From contig CAIIXF020000001.1 in assembly GCA_903813345.2 (NCBI GenBank), forward strand, positions 23,002,001 to 23,066,000: DNA of 64,000 nt. Reading direction: 5' to 3'. Of this stretch, positions 38,454-56,495 are shown one piece after another. Below the pieces are notes generated by a model. That model ran no database searches. It saw nothing but the letters and a program-made list of their open reading frames with translations, and was not told the DNA's origin. Positions within the stretch are counted from its first letter, which is position 1; the number at the start of each line of letters is the position of its first letter. The position numbers were made by a program, and so were the translations under genes. Source of the stretch: Owenia fusiformis. Taxonomy: Eukaryota.

Positions 38454-41198
38454 CCCTACTATCACACCAAACTAGTTCTCACAATCGTAAAATCTGACTA
38501 TGTAAAACATGTTGGAATTCCAATTTCAACAAATAACAATATCTCTGATTATGTACAAGATAAATGCAAGAAGGGCAAATTACAATACAATGCGCTTCTC
38601 GGTATTGGAAGTGGTTGTGGAGGCCTAGTCCCAACATCCGCATGTCAAATATACAAAACGTACTCCATTCCTACAATGACATACGGTGCTCAAATTATTA
38701 ACTACCAACAGAAAGACATAGATGTTTTAGAGAAAACACAGAGAGAAATAGGGCGTAGAATCCAGTCTCTACCTCACTCAGCTAGTATCCCCGTTTCGAC
38801 TTTACCCATCGGCCTCATGGATGTTGAATATTATATTGCCTTCCTAAGGATGATGTTTCTTTGGAGTTTATTGCAACTCCCTAGCGCAAACATATATAAA
38901 TGTCTGTTCATCACAAGATTTGTAAAAATGTTGCATATTAATAGGGGAGGTTGTACTTTTTCGCCAATCGAGCGCATGCTACAAACATCACGAAAATACA
39001 ACTTGAATAACCATATTTTAAATATGCTATACTGTAACACTATTATTCCCAAAAGTAGGTGGAAGAACATTGTGTTCACTCAAATAACAAAGGTTCAAAT
39101 GCAAGCGACATTCTTTAAATCGATCATGTACAAGGGACTAGGCTATTTTAGAATGGGTAATTTCGAGGTACTGAGGCCAGTTATATGGTGGAATGTTGCA
39201 AGACGTTTTCCTGTTGCTTTTAATGGGTGCAAAATAATGGTGAAACTACTTATGGATGAACATTCGCTTAACTCCAAATATAGGGGTAGCGAGAATAAAA
39301 CACTGTCATGTTTATTGTGCGACACCTACGAAAAAGAAGATGTGGAGCATTTTTTACTTAAATGCCCTTCAAATGAATATGTCATATTCAGAGAACAACT
39401 TAATACTCATTGTTATGAATGGGATATCCAAATGAATGTTAAAAACCTCCTTGGCATTGGTACGGAAGAATGGCATTTTACAAACGAACAAACACTTGAG
39501 TGTCTAAAAGATATTGCACGTATAGTCATGCAACAATATACGTGCCGTCAGCGATATCTAACAAACGTATACACTTAATGTAACTTCACTCAGTGGAGGA
39601 GGGTGGCCCTCAAGGGAGGTACATGAGCCGACCAGGGGACTATCCTCTCTCCCTGAAATTAAGTTAATATCTAACTATTATGGATGAACAGTCCTAAACT
39701 TGGGGAAGGTACAATAATAAGCAATGCTTTCTTGTTCTTTTTGTTGATTGGTAGTTGCAACGTCAACGCGGCAGCCTGACGTTTTTGCAACAAACGATTG
39801 TGTCTCTTAAGCAGCCTGTACATTTTTGGTTTTACTCGCATATTTGTATTTATATTTATGTACATTTACTTTACATACTAATTTAGAATTGCACCATATA
39901 GCAACACCACCAACCTCTAATTAACATAAATTGTATATTTATTTTACTAGCCTACAACATATTGAAAGCATCTATACTTTCATACAGTACTGCAGTACCG
40001 ACCTTGGGGAAGGTACGATGATATATGCTATGTCTTCTTTTTAATTTTATAGAAAATGCAGCTTCATAATGTCATTTTTTGATTAATCTCAAGAGTGTTA
40101 GGTAACAGGTCGATTTAGGCCTACGGCGTTCGTCTACGCGGTAGCTAGGCGTCGTCGTTGGTTCAAAAAAAAACCAAAACAAACAACAAAGCAATGAGCG
40201 TTTGTAAAATATAGTTACTTTTTTATAATTACGTTACAATTAGGTGTTAGGCCAATCTTGGTCGGCGGCGTGCGTCTACGCGGTAGCTAGGCGTCGTCGT
40301 CAGTTAAAAAGCAACGACATTGTTTGTTTGTAAATAGTGATTATTTTCAATTGCAATTTAACATAATTTGTATACATGTATCTCCTTTATATAAAGGGCA
40401 ATAAATATATACATACATACATACATACACTACGTTCTCAAAAACGGGCTTCAACTGTGTACGAACGGACTGGACCTACTAAGAACCGTTTGGGATCTAT
40501 TAACAAACTTCATCGAACGTACTCGAACGGGTAGGTCCTCTAGAACTTAGACAATGCTCAAAATGTTCTCGTGGTCGTCACGTTCTACAATTAGAACGAG
40601 TGACAACGTACTAACGACGAGCTGGACGTACTACGAACGGAACCGTCGTACTTCAATCCTACGAGGGACGTTTTAACAACGAGTTGAATTGTCTGAGGAC
40701 GTGGTGAGAACGAGGTGGAACTAATTGCAAACGGGTTTAAACTGATTGAGAACGTATTTAACACTGCTTATGAACGAGTTAGCAAAATTATAGCTATCAC
40801 ACCAAACAAGTTGCCACTGCGTTCTTCAAAACTGTGTGCGAACGGAATGAACGTAGCTGCAACTTTCTAAGGTCTATTTACGAACTTTATGATCGTTCTC
40901 AGACGGGAATGTGATTTTAGAATTTTGAATCGATTCAAAATTCGATGGCGACCATAACGTTCTGTAAACAGGTCATGTTGACCTTCTAGACTAAGGGACG
41001 CGTTCTACTACGTTGCACACCGACGTGGTGCGACCTGAACGAACTGCGAACGAGAAGGACGTATTGAAGACTGTTTAAGAACGAAGAAGCTAATTATTTC
41101 AGACACATTTCCCGACCACAGCCAGATTGAGCCCGTTTTACGACGTTTTCGTAGGACTGGCAAGAACGGGTAAGAACGAGTTTGGTGTGATAGGGGGG
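38454..41198. mobile_element. PIF/Harbinger-like MITE interrupted by a LINE insertion
   Basis: TIR CCCTACTATCACACCAAACTAGTTCT (38454) vs AGAACGAGTTTGGTGTGATAGGGGGG (41198); TAA on both flanks; remainder 40428-41198 is rich in gaacg/cgttc motifs. Confidence 0.75.
38485..40428 (+). mobile_element. 5'-truncated non-LTR retrotransposon (end of RT, thumb, CCHC zinc knuckle, 3' UTR, (TACA)n tail)
   Basis: Frame open from ~38490 (YVKHVGI...GGLVPTSACQIYKTYSIPTMTYG) to 39578 with CLLC..EDVEHFLLKC; ends AATAAA + (tacA)n at 40400-40428. Confidence 0.85.
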
Positions 41199-41789
41199 TA
41201 ACATACCAGAATACACTCTAAAAAAAGTTTGCTTATAAAATTTGGCATACGTAAACTTGAAACATTTTGTGACACTCAAATTTTTTTATTTGGAAATTTA
41301 AGTAATATTGACGAAAAACAAGCAATTTTAAAATATTCATGTTTCAACAAAATTCGACGAAAATTTCCAGTTTTGCAGTTTTAAAGAGAGTTTAAAACAT
41401 TTTGATTACATTTTGATTACAAACTTATTGCATTACCTATGGTTTGTCTGCTCTCTTAAGATATTGTTACTATGTGTTGGAGATGTTTAACTCCTAAACA
41501 GGAATATAATGTAAGTGTGGTTTTATTATTGTTTAAGAGTGAAGACCCCTTTTAATACTTTCAAGATGCATGTATCATATGATTTGTTGGCTTTAAGTCT
41601 AAAATGGTTTATCAGGGCACTGAAACACATCCCTGCTTGGATTTCTATCCCATCCTACCACTACAGCATTTCCTACTGTCTCACTCGATTAAAAAATCCT
41701 TTCCAGTAGCTAGCATCTCATAAAATCTCAAGAAATTGGATATTTTTCTACAACACATCAAAGTAGGCGACAAAATTGTGTGTGGGGTA

Positions 41790-42570
41790 CTATACTATTG
41801 ATGGAAACGTAATTTGACTTTAATTCCAATACCTCCAAATTTTCTCAATTTTTTTCCTCAGTTACAATAGGTCGAAAATTGATGATAAATTTGATGACTT
41901 TTTGAAAATCGACATTCCCATGTTAACCAATGGGAAATGGTAGGTTTGTCGCAAGTCATATGACAGAATATCCATCCATCCGAGTCCTTGCAAAAAATAC
42001 GAGTTAGGCAGGCAATTGAATTTGCTAACTTTATTTAACAAAAAATTGATATGTTTCTTCAGGTTCAACAAAGTTATAGGGCTTTAAAGTCAAAATTGTT
42101 TTTCAAAAAACCTCTCCCATTGAAATAACACAGGAAGCGAAAAAGTATTTTCAAAAATGAATTTGAAGCGCTGTAACTTTAATATTCATCAAATAAACTA
42201 AACACTTAGTGTTCAAAAAAGTTAGACAATTCAATTTTCTATATAAAAATATTTTTTGCTGAATCTTTTACTGAAAAGATATCCTGATTTCTAATTTGCC
42301 CCGAACCCTCCATTTCCCATTGGATTACATGGGAATGACGATTTTCAAAAATTCATCAAATTTATCATCAATTTTCGACCTATTGTAATTGAGGAAAAAA
42401 ATTGAGAAAATTTGGAGGTATTGGAAATAAAGTCAAGTTACGTTTTCATCAATATTATACGTTATTTCATCGCCGGTTAAGTAAACAAAAATTCAAACGT
42501 AAAGAGGCTTTAATACATAGTCCAATGGGGAAAAAAGGTTGCCAAACTTATATGGAGGGGAGTGTAGTCT
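41790..42570. mobile_element. Repeat-family element with a ~150-bp inverted repeat; a second copy lies at 55105-56160
   Basis: 41790-41940 is the inverse of 42312-42460; 42315-42560 is homologous to 55105-55204 + 56013-56160. Confidence 0.7.
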
Positions 42571-43940
42571 TTGCTATAACACCCCCATCACCTTCTTTCA
42601 AAATCATGCAGTTTCTCACTATTTTGAGCACTTTCCTAATGATTTTGGGCCAAAGATGTTAAATGTGAATCCCCATGATTAATTTTGAAAAGTCACCCTC
42701 CCCTTGGCAAAAGATGGCTACGGGTCCGAGCCCAATAGTATGCGTGAGTTTACCAGCAAAAGCGACTTTGTTTAATTGTATACTGATGTATGCCTTTAAT
42801 GTGAAAGTCATATTTGACAAGAATTTGAAAACGTTTTTACGAGTTATTAATTTAGTGATTTTGACTCATTTTTCAAGTTTTAAAATTCTCTCTTTTCTCA
42901 GATATGTACATCAATGTATAAACTTTTCTAAAATTATAAGTGCAAAGATATAAATCACGTGACCACTGTGTATGTCGTGACACACAGAGGCAGATTTGAG
43001 ATATAAAAGCAAAGCTCTGAATAGTTATAAACCTCTCAGTAGTTTGTTTACGCACAAATGTACACCAACTCGTTGAAGAAAGTTTCAACTAAAACATCTA
43101 TTTGTAAACACACAAATGTGACAAAACATGACATTTTAGCATAGCAAAGCTACTTCATAGTCTTTACCTAAACCCAGTAGGCATCAAGTACCTGTACTTA
43201 AAAACAACAGAGGGCACGGAGCCCTGAGAAATGATGATCTATTAACGGATATGAACCCAGTTGAATAAATCCATCATCAAAACCAGACAAGGAAATGATC
43301 AAACAAATAAATTTAGAAAGGAGATATAGTATGTGTTATTCAAGGGCGCAGCCTGGAACGACTTCCTCATAGTGTATACGCACTTGAATCATTTGTTCAT
43401 CCGTTACCTCATCGTTGGATTAAGGAAGTCAACATAAATGCACTTATTTTCAAAAAAACGTAATTAGTACCTTTTTACATTTAAGTAGGAAATTAAAATC
43501 AAATAAAAATACGGTTTAATTGTGAATGATTTAGAATCACAAGCTGAAAATTTGAAACAACATAGGAACTTTTCGCTGTTTAGAACTTGCTCCGGTAAGC
43601 TTTTCAATCATCTGGTTTCGCATAAGGTTACCAACTTCTGAATTGATGCAGCTTCAATTCGCATGTACTGCATACATACATTGTAAACAAATCAAAAAGA
43701 GTACTGAATGAAGAATAAATACTTGAAATAAAGGCAGATGTTTGATCAAGAAAATACCAAAAGGAACAAAGGTGAAACGTCAACTTTAGAAGAGTCTATT
43801 GGACTGACTAAACACGGATTACCAAGTTGTATTTCTTAATCGGACCTCCTACAACACACGTTAAATACAAACATGAATTCGAAGATTTTTTAAAACGACT
43901 AGAAATTTAGTGGATGTGTCTTCAATTTTAATCAACCACA

Positions 43941-46900
43941 ATGGACAGAAATAAATACATTCCGCTTGAAGACACTACTGTAAAAGTAACGTTGCCAGAA
44001 AGGTACAAACCAAAGAATCAAAGGTTGAACGGAATGAATGGTGTCATCCACGCTAGTAATGATATGACTGACGACGATAGTGTAACAAAACGGCTGGAGG
44101 ACATGGCTACTGCCGTACAATGGATTAAGCAAGAAATTGTAAGTTTCTTAAGATACTATTGTGTGGTCTTGAACTTGAACATTTTCTCATTACATGTTTA
44201 TACATGCTTTTGTGTTGTTCTGAAACATTCATATAATGTTTTTGCAATTGTAGTAGTAGTACCTACTTCATATAGTACTTGCTTCTCGTGATAAAGATTT
44301 TTGTTGGTTAATCGAGTTCATTAAAAAAAAGTAATGTAAATGGATTATAATTGAAAGAACATTTTCAAAAGAAAAGTCACCACATTTAAAGTGTCTTTTC
44401 AAAGGTACTTCTTTGGTGACAGCGTGGGTATATATCGTTCAAATTGGCTATTGAGATTCAATTTAATGTTTTCAACTTGAAGTGTGCAGCATGACTCTAG
44501 ATTCATGAAAATTTCTAATTCAAAAGTCGTGTTAACATGGTAAGTGAATTGATGTATAGATAAACAATATCCGGTCGTTCGCGTCATACGAAGCAAGTAC
44601 ATGCGAATTTGACTTCCCCAAAAGAGAAGGGAGACTGTTTTAGACGTTTGTCCTGCGGGAGACAATGATATAAATCATAATAGAACAACTATTTTGTTTA
44701 CACGTGGCCCGATCTAACAACAAATACATTATCTTCATTAATGTCTCATAAATTCCATTATATAAATAGACCTATAAAGTAACAATAAAATCATATATTC
44801 ACAAAGTGAATTTGCTTTTTCTTGACTGATTAAAACATATGGCATTATCTACCTCGTTGTAATCATATGTAAAATATTTGAAATATAAATACAATATGAG
44901 GTTGACCTGAACTATGCACGGGGTGGTCAAACTGTTAAAGTGTTTCAACATTTGGATGTATTATTGAATGATGCACAATTTATTTGATGTGCATACTACT
45001 TTTATTGGGAGAGATTTGAAATACTGAATAAAAACAAATCGCGGAAGATAAATGGAAGATAAACGAGGATATCAATTGACCTTCAAATAAACTATCGCCC
45101 AAGTCAGTGTACAACTTTAAGTACCATTATCTTCAAAGCATACTGCATGCGTATTTATAGACCTTGGCATCTATTTCAATTTATTTCCAAGATTATCTGA
45201 TAACATTGCAGCCAAGTTTAAAAATATCTCAAACATTTTTAATCAACATTGTTCCACTTTATTAACATCTTAAACAAGTATTAAATGAGTCAACTTGAAA
45301 AATGATTAAATTTCACAATAAAGGTGATATTTAGATTCCAAAAAGGAAATAGTTTGGTTCGGTGGTGGACTTGAGGTTTGGTAACGGTGGTTATCTTCTT
45401 TGTTGTCAATCTGATCGATCAGTTGAAAACATGCGCTGCTGTGCTAAATCCTGGAAGAGATGTTAAGCACAATAATGACGTCATTGGATAAGTTGATATG
45501 AATGCGCGAATGATCATGACCAATGGACTTTTGGACTTATTTTTGAAAGCATTGACAATTTTTCAAATAATTTGCTGACATATATTTGTGAGGTGGGGTT
45601 TTATCGTCAAGAAGGAAAATAATATTTATTGAGATCAACACTACAGGGACGCTGTTACAAAAACTTGCATCAATAGCTACAATTAATGTTACATATCGTG
45701 ACACGTAGGTTAAAAACATCATGTCTCTATTTCACCAACATTAGTTTAAAATGAATTTAATTCTGATTTTAGTTCATTCCCAAAAATGTGCCTTGATAAC
45801 CATTCCAATCTGAAGATAACAATTGATGACCTGAAAAATTCGGGTCATACGTTGGAATTTAATCCTCATGTTTTATAAGTGTAGATCTCTTTTCTGTAAA
45901 ATTGGATCAAAATAATAATCGAACTCGAAATTTTCTCCTGTATTACAACAAAAATCTCTGTTAGATAATGTTTCACTTTCAAGATTTTTTAAGATTGACA
46001 ATGTAGGTCGACAAAGTAAATGACTTTTAAGACCAACATTTTTTACCGTATCTAGATCTATAATAAAAACAAAACAAAAGCGATTACCAGAACCATTTTT
46101 CATTTGTGAGGGAATGTTTGAAAGAATACGTTGTTATTCCATTGTTATTTCAATCATACGAGGGGTAACCAATAATTATGTTGTTTTAATTCTGCATATC
46201 ATCTGAATTCTCGTTGATCGAAGATGATCCTAGTGCTGGATTTATAACTGCTCTTGTGGTAATTGATTACTGCTGACGTTAATGTTGGAAGTCTGCAGAC
46301 TAGATTAGCACAAAAAAGCGTTTTATGAACTGATTCTGACATCTTTATCTTAACTGAAGTGCTATACGAAGTATATATCTATTTTTCAATTTCATTGCCA
46401 CGTTGTTTTATTTACGATTATAACCCTCGTAAAACCTCTCGATATTTCACGATCAACAAAACCAGGGATGATAAGTATACCCTCCCAACAAACAATGACT
46501 ACATCTAATAGTTAACAACATCATGATTAATCGATGATATCATACACGAGTTGCATTGTATAAGATTGGTTGAAGTATCGATTCACATTTTTTCAAAGTT
46601 AAAAAATGGTAAACAAGTAACAGGTACTTGTTATTTGTTGGTGTTGTTTCTGAAATAAAACAGTTTATACCAAGATATACGCCTGGTATATTTATCATGT
46701 CAGTACAATTCAGTTTCGTTGATACCGTTATCAATTCAATGAAGTCGTGCCCTGCTCTTTGATATATAAATGAGGTTACTAGGATAAACTACGTACAAAC
46801 AAAAACATTATAACAAATTATAAATAACTTCCAATGATTATATTAGAGACTATTAAGTAATTCTGAATTAGTCCTACAAAATCTTTATAACTGTATAACG

Positions 46901-47436
46901 TGATTTTGTGGTTCAACAACGAGTATCCAAGGGGCTGTGGGTTCGATACCCATTGGAGTTGACTGACTTTTTCACATCAGCCTTTGGCACAGAATTTCAT
47001 ATTGTGTTTTCATCAAACAAGAGACTTTTGATTTCTTCATATTTGCATTTCAAATTTACAAAATGTATGCTATGAATTTTAATAGATTTATTTTTTGTAA
47101 TTTCAGATGGCTATCAAACGACAAGACAGAGATCTTCTTAGACAATTCCTGGGTATTAGGGCAGATATGCGCCAAATGTCTGCCTCAAATGCACCCACGC
47201 CACCAGGTGGCGCCAAGTTATCTAAAAGTGGTTCATGGACTAGAAACGCGTGGCTCGAGGCCAAAAGTCCCCCACGCTCACCCTCAGCTTTAAACAGTAA
47301 CAGTAGCTTCGATCTTGGTGAATTCAGACCACGGACAACTTCTCTTCTGGAACCCCCGCATCACAATTATCATAGAACTTCAAAATGGAAATATGCCGAA
47401 AATAATAACATTAATTTGGCAGATAGTTTTGGATGA
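43941..47436 (+). CDS. FAM167/AARD-like coiled-coil protein, 2 exons (43941-44138, 47107-47436), 175 aa
   Basis: Phase-0 GT-AG intron joins MATAVQWIKQEI to MAIKRQDRDLLRQFLGIRADM, matching the FAM167/AARD motif (ALxWLRxELxEMRxQDxxLxRQL). Confidence 0.75.
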
Positions 47437-47499
47437 TCGCAAATAGAACTACTGTTCAAGTTATGGAATAAATTACGTATATGAGGTTTTGTATCCTCA

Positions 47500-47612
47500 T
47501 GACGTCACTTTATACATGGTTGACAGGGTAACGTGAATCAATAAAAAAAAACTGAGAGAAAAACAGGGTTGAAAACCAGGAGAATTTGATAACATCTTCG
47601 TTTCATGGCGAC
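47500..47612 (+). promoter_or_regulatory. CRE plus two RFX X-box-like motifs upstream of the TMEM249-like gene
   Basis: TGACGTCA 47500-47507; GTTGACAGGGTAAC 47519-47532; GTTTCATGGCGAC 47600-47612. Confidence 0.5.
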
Positions 47613-47639
47613 AGCTACGTCTTTTAACATTTATGCAAA

Positions 47640-48275
47640 ATGGTCGTAGGAATATTTGGTTCTTACAACTTCAGTATCTTGGAGAAACCGGACGAGGCTT
47701 TTAAAAAGAAGCTAAATCAGAACCCATACTTTCCATTCGAAGAAACTGCCACAAATTTGTTTCGGTTGAAGGTACGATCCGTGAAATTTATCTTTGGATT
47801 AGTAAGTACATTTGCCCTAGGATTGACGGCTATAATATTGTATGCCACAAATGGAATAGAACTTGGAGAAACTTTGTTATATTTTGTGATCGGCTTCTTG
47901 GCCTTGACCAGCATAACTCTGTATTACAAAGAGGAACGGACGCTGCTTTTGGATATCAATAATTCAACGTACGAATTCTACCGTGGCGATCGTCTGGTTT
48001 ACCAGGGACACAATCACAACATTTACATCCGATTAAAGGGGGAGAAAAGTGGAAGTGGGGAAATGTATTACAATGTTACCCTAAATGGTTTTCAAGTTGA
48101 CGAACAAATGCTGACTTCCGCTACAAGATCTAACAAAGAAAAATTGCGTCGTCTCGGACGTCGGCTTGCAAGCCATCTGAATCTAAATTACTTCGACTAT
48201 TTGGACAAATCTAGACACCATGTCATTAGGCACAGGTGTCCTTATTCCTCGTATGTGAGTTTAACTAATGCTTAG
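47640..48275 (+). CDS. TMEM249: Transmembrane protein 249-like (CatSper auxiliary subunit theta), single coding exon, 211 aa
   Basis: Two hydrophobic helices; motifs NPYFPF, HNIYIRL and LGRRLASHLNLNYFD...SRHHVIRH recognised as TMEM249 family. Confidence 0.85.
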   Translation: MVVGIFGSYNFSILEKPDEAFKKKLNQNPYFPFEETATNLFRLKVRSVKFIFGLVSTFALGLTAIILYATNGIELGETLLYFVIGFLALTSITLYYKEERTLLLDINNSTYEFYRGDRLVYQGHNHNIYIRLKGEKSGSGEMYYNVTLNGFQVDEQMLTSATRSNKEKLRRLGRRLASHLNLNYFDYLDKSRHHVIRHRCPYSSYVSLTNA

Positions 48276-48948
48276 GAAATTTTCGATATTGAGACACTTG
48301 AATTTTCTGTTTATTTGTGTATTATTTATATATATATACGTGTAAGTTACAATACATCAATCATAGTCTGAAGTGTTCAGATTCGTGTACTTTTAATAAT
48401 TTCTACGTGGTTCTAATCACAATCGAAACCACTAAGTTCACATTAGACAGGTCCCGTTTATATCAGAAAGGTCAAGTTACATTATATTTTGGAGAACCTG
48501 GATGGGAACGTGTAATATTGTAAGTCCTTGGGATATTGTCCCTGGGACTTAGTTATACCCTTCCCTTTATCTCCATTATCGTGCATCGAAGAAGCAGCTG
48601 TTCCTGGTGATATAAGGAAGGTTAAGCTACATGGATTAAGAAAACCACTTCGTGAACGTGTAATATTTCGGCACCTGGGGATTCATGTTCAGCTCTCAAT
48701 TCACTTTTCAAGGGACCTAATTACAATTATTTTCCGTATACCTTTAAACTCAATCGGTCAAGTAAACACTACAAATTGGAGAAGTGATCCACAGAGGACA
48801 ATAATTCTACATACTCACGTACACGTTTTTTCAAAACCGTGTAGCTTAACCTCCCCATTATACGTTTACTTTTACGTGAAAGGCGATGGAAAGTTAACCT
48901 CCCTAATTGCTCCATAAGTCACTTGCCGAGTATATTTCATATAACTGT

Positions 48949-54155
<5,207 letters not shown>

Positions 54156-55204
54156 TTTAGATATACTCCTTCACAAACTAAGTGTAAATGAGGTGAAAGT
54201 TTTACCGAAGCAGTTACATTCACTCGGGGATTTACTTGTCCAATCTGCTATCAATAAAGTTCCATCATTGTTGACAGTTTCAGTTGGGATTCGGGTCCAT
54301 TATGGGTTGATGTCCGCATCTATAATATGGTCATGGTGATTAACCTAAAAACAAATATAAGTTGTTTCAATTGACTTCAACTTTCCTTGAAATCTAGTCT
54401 TTTTCTAAATTGATTATTACACGACTGCATGTCCACGAGCTCGGCGGTGCCATAGCTTTAAAAATGTATCCATTTGACGAAAACAGATGTTGTATAAATT
54501 GGCATTAAAAAGTTTTTAAATTCAATAATTTCCCATTCCAATCTCATATTTCCAAATATGATCACGGCTACATATTTGGTCTGGTAACAACCCGTTACAT
54601 ACACACTTTTAAGATGCCGGCTGGAGATGTTTGCTTGGCGTCTTGTTTTTTCCTTTGCCACTAACAAATACAGGTGTCGGTGTGTCGTCTTTAAATACGT
54701 GATATTCCTGAATGTAGTTCGTAATCGTCTACATTTGATTTCGTAGGAAATGAACCATCCCAACTGACAGCTACTAACTATCACACATTTCCAAGTATTA
54801 CTAATTACTCCAAAGAAATGGTAGCTTCTTCATCGTGGAGTTGAAATGCATAACCCAATAGCAATAGCATGTTGAAGATTGAATGGGTGCGGCTTGTAAT
54901 CAAATATTTCATTTACATAAAAGAGTTCTGTGATGTGAACCACATCCTGGATGAGATTCAGTTCGAATCGAAACTGCATGTTTTGATACGTAATCAGGGG
55001 TTAATAGTATGGCTGTCGCAAAATGGCTGAATGGATGGAGGTGGTGTGAAAATAGCTGAACTGTTAGCTTTTAAATAGGTTATCGTAGAAAATTATCTAA
55101 TCTATTTCCCCAAAAGTGATGAATGGGAATGACGATTTTCAAAAATTCATCAAATTTATCATCAATTTTCGACCTATTGTAATTGAGGAAAAAAATTGGG
55201 AAAA

Positions 55205-56012
55205 GGATGGGTATCGATATGTATGGTGAACTTTTTGAACACACGTTTCTCTCAAACCAGTCTTCAAACAATTCTGAAAATTTTACACATTGTCAACTTA
55301 ATGGTCGTCTTTTGTAAGAAATAGTATTATTTGAAATAAATATATATACATTTCTCTATATTGTTTAGAAAACACATCAGACACTTATTTTGTTCTTGGT
55401 ATCATACGTTCGGAATGAAATGAAACATCTATCCGAACCTCATTGGAACAAAATGACATAAACACAACGTGTATAGGTCTCTCAATATTGTAATTGTATA
55501 AATGAAAGATTGGTTAATTCAAAAAAGTATCTTGTTAATGAAATAAAAGGTTTATCTTAATTTTTATCTATTTGGGGGTTTTTGTTTTAAATTTTTGAAT
55601 ACTTTTTCTTAAATAAACCAAAATTTCCTTTGTATAACTATATAATATTGAGAGAACTGAGAAAATGTTTTATATGCAGTATTGTTCCAACAAGCTTCGG
55701 AAAGATATTTTATTTAATTCTAAAGAATTGGTAAAAAGGAACAAAAAACAATTGCACTAAAAACCAAAAAATGTTAACAAAAACAGTTATATAAAATATA
55801 TGTAAATTATTTTCGCATTAAATTGTTGTCAATCAGTGAACATAACATAAAGCGCCGTGTTTTTTAACAGAATGTTTTCAATATAAATTGTATCTCCATT
55901 TTATTATGGGCAATAAAGATATACAATACAATACAATACAATACAATACAATAATTGGTTGGAGAGAAAAACATTGTTGAACTTCATGTATTCACCATAT
56001 CGATACCAATCC
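55205..56012. mobile_element. Spy-like non-autonomous element, copy 3 (808 bp), nested in another repeat and carrying a LINE-tail insertion at ~55883-55952
   Basis: AAA|GGATGGGTATCGATA...TATCGATACCAATCC|TTT; the joined flanks reproduce the empty site at 42401-42430. Confidence 0.85.
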
Positions 56013-56169
56013 TTTGAAGGCATTGGAAATGAAGTCAAGTTACATTTCCATCAATATTATAAGTACTTTCTTCACAGGTTATGTAAATAAAAATTCAAAC
56101 ATAAAGAGGCTTTAACACGTAGTTCAATGAGGGAGTTAGGCTTGCCAATCTTATGGAGGAGATGTCAAT

Positions 56170-56495
56170 GAACCCTGTTCTAAATACTTCATAATTGTTC
56201 TATATCCCTGTTCTAGTTATGATCATTATTGATATATAGCCCTGTTATAATTAGCCAAGTCATACTTGGTCTAACTAGCCCTGTTCTATCAATTCCATAA
56301 TTGTTCTATAGCCCTGGTCTTACCACCCCTTTTCTTACAACGACATAATTGTTCAATAGCCTTGTTTTAGCCACGACTGTTCAATAGCCCTGTTCTAATC
56401 AGTCCTATTCTAAATATTTCATAATTGTTCTATAGCCCTGTTTTATAATTTCTTGTTCTTATGTTCTAACTACTTCATGGTTGTTTTATGGCCCC
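56170..56495. repeat. Degenerate tandem repeat (tagccctgttcta / ataattgttc)
   Basis: Motif recurs about ten times. Confidence 0.7.

Noticed and set aside
38676-39578. 300-aa ORF as a host gene
   Set aside because: It is the C-terminal part of a LINE ORF2; the frame is open upstream of the ATG and truncated at the insertion point
46920-46975. tRNA-like B-box GGTTCGATACC (also A-box-like TAGCTCAG at ~59911 and ~60067)
   Set aside because: No complete cloverleaf; at most tRNA-derived SINE remnants
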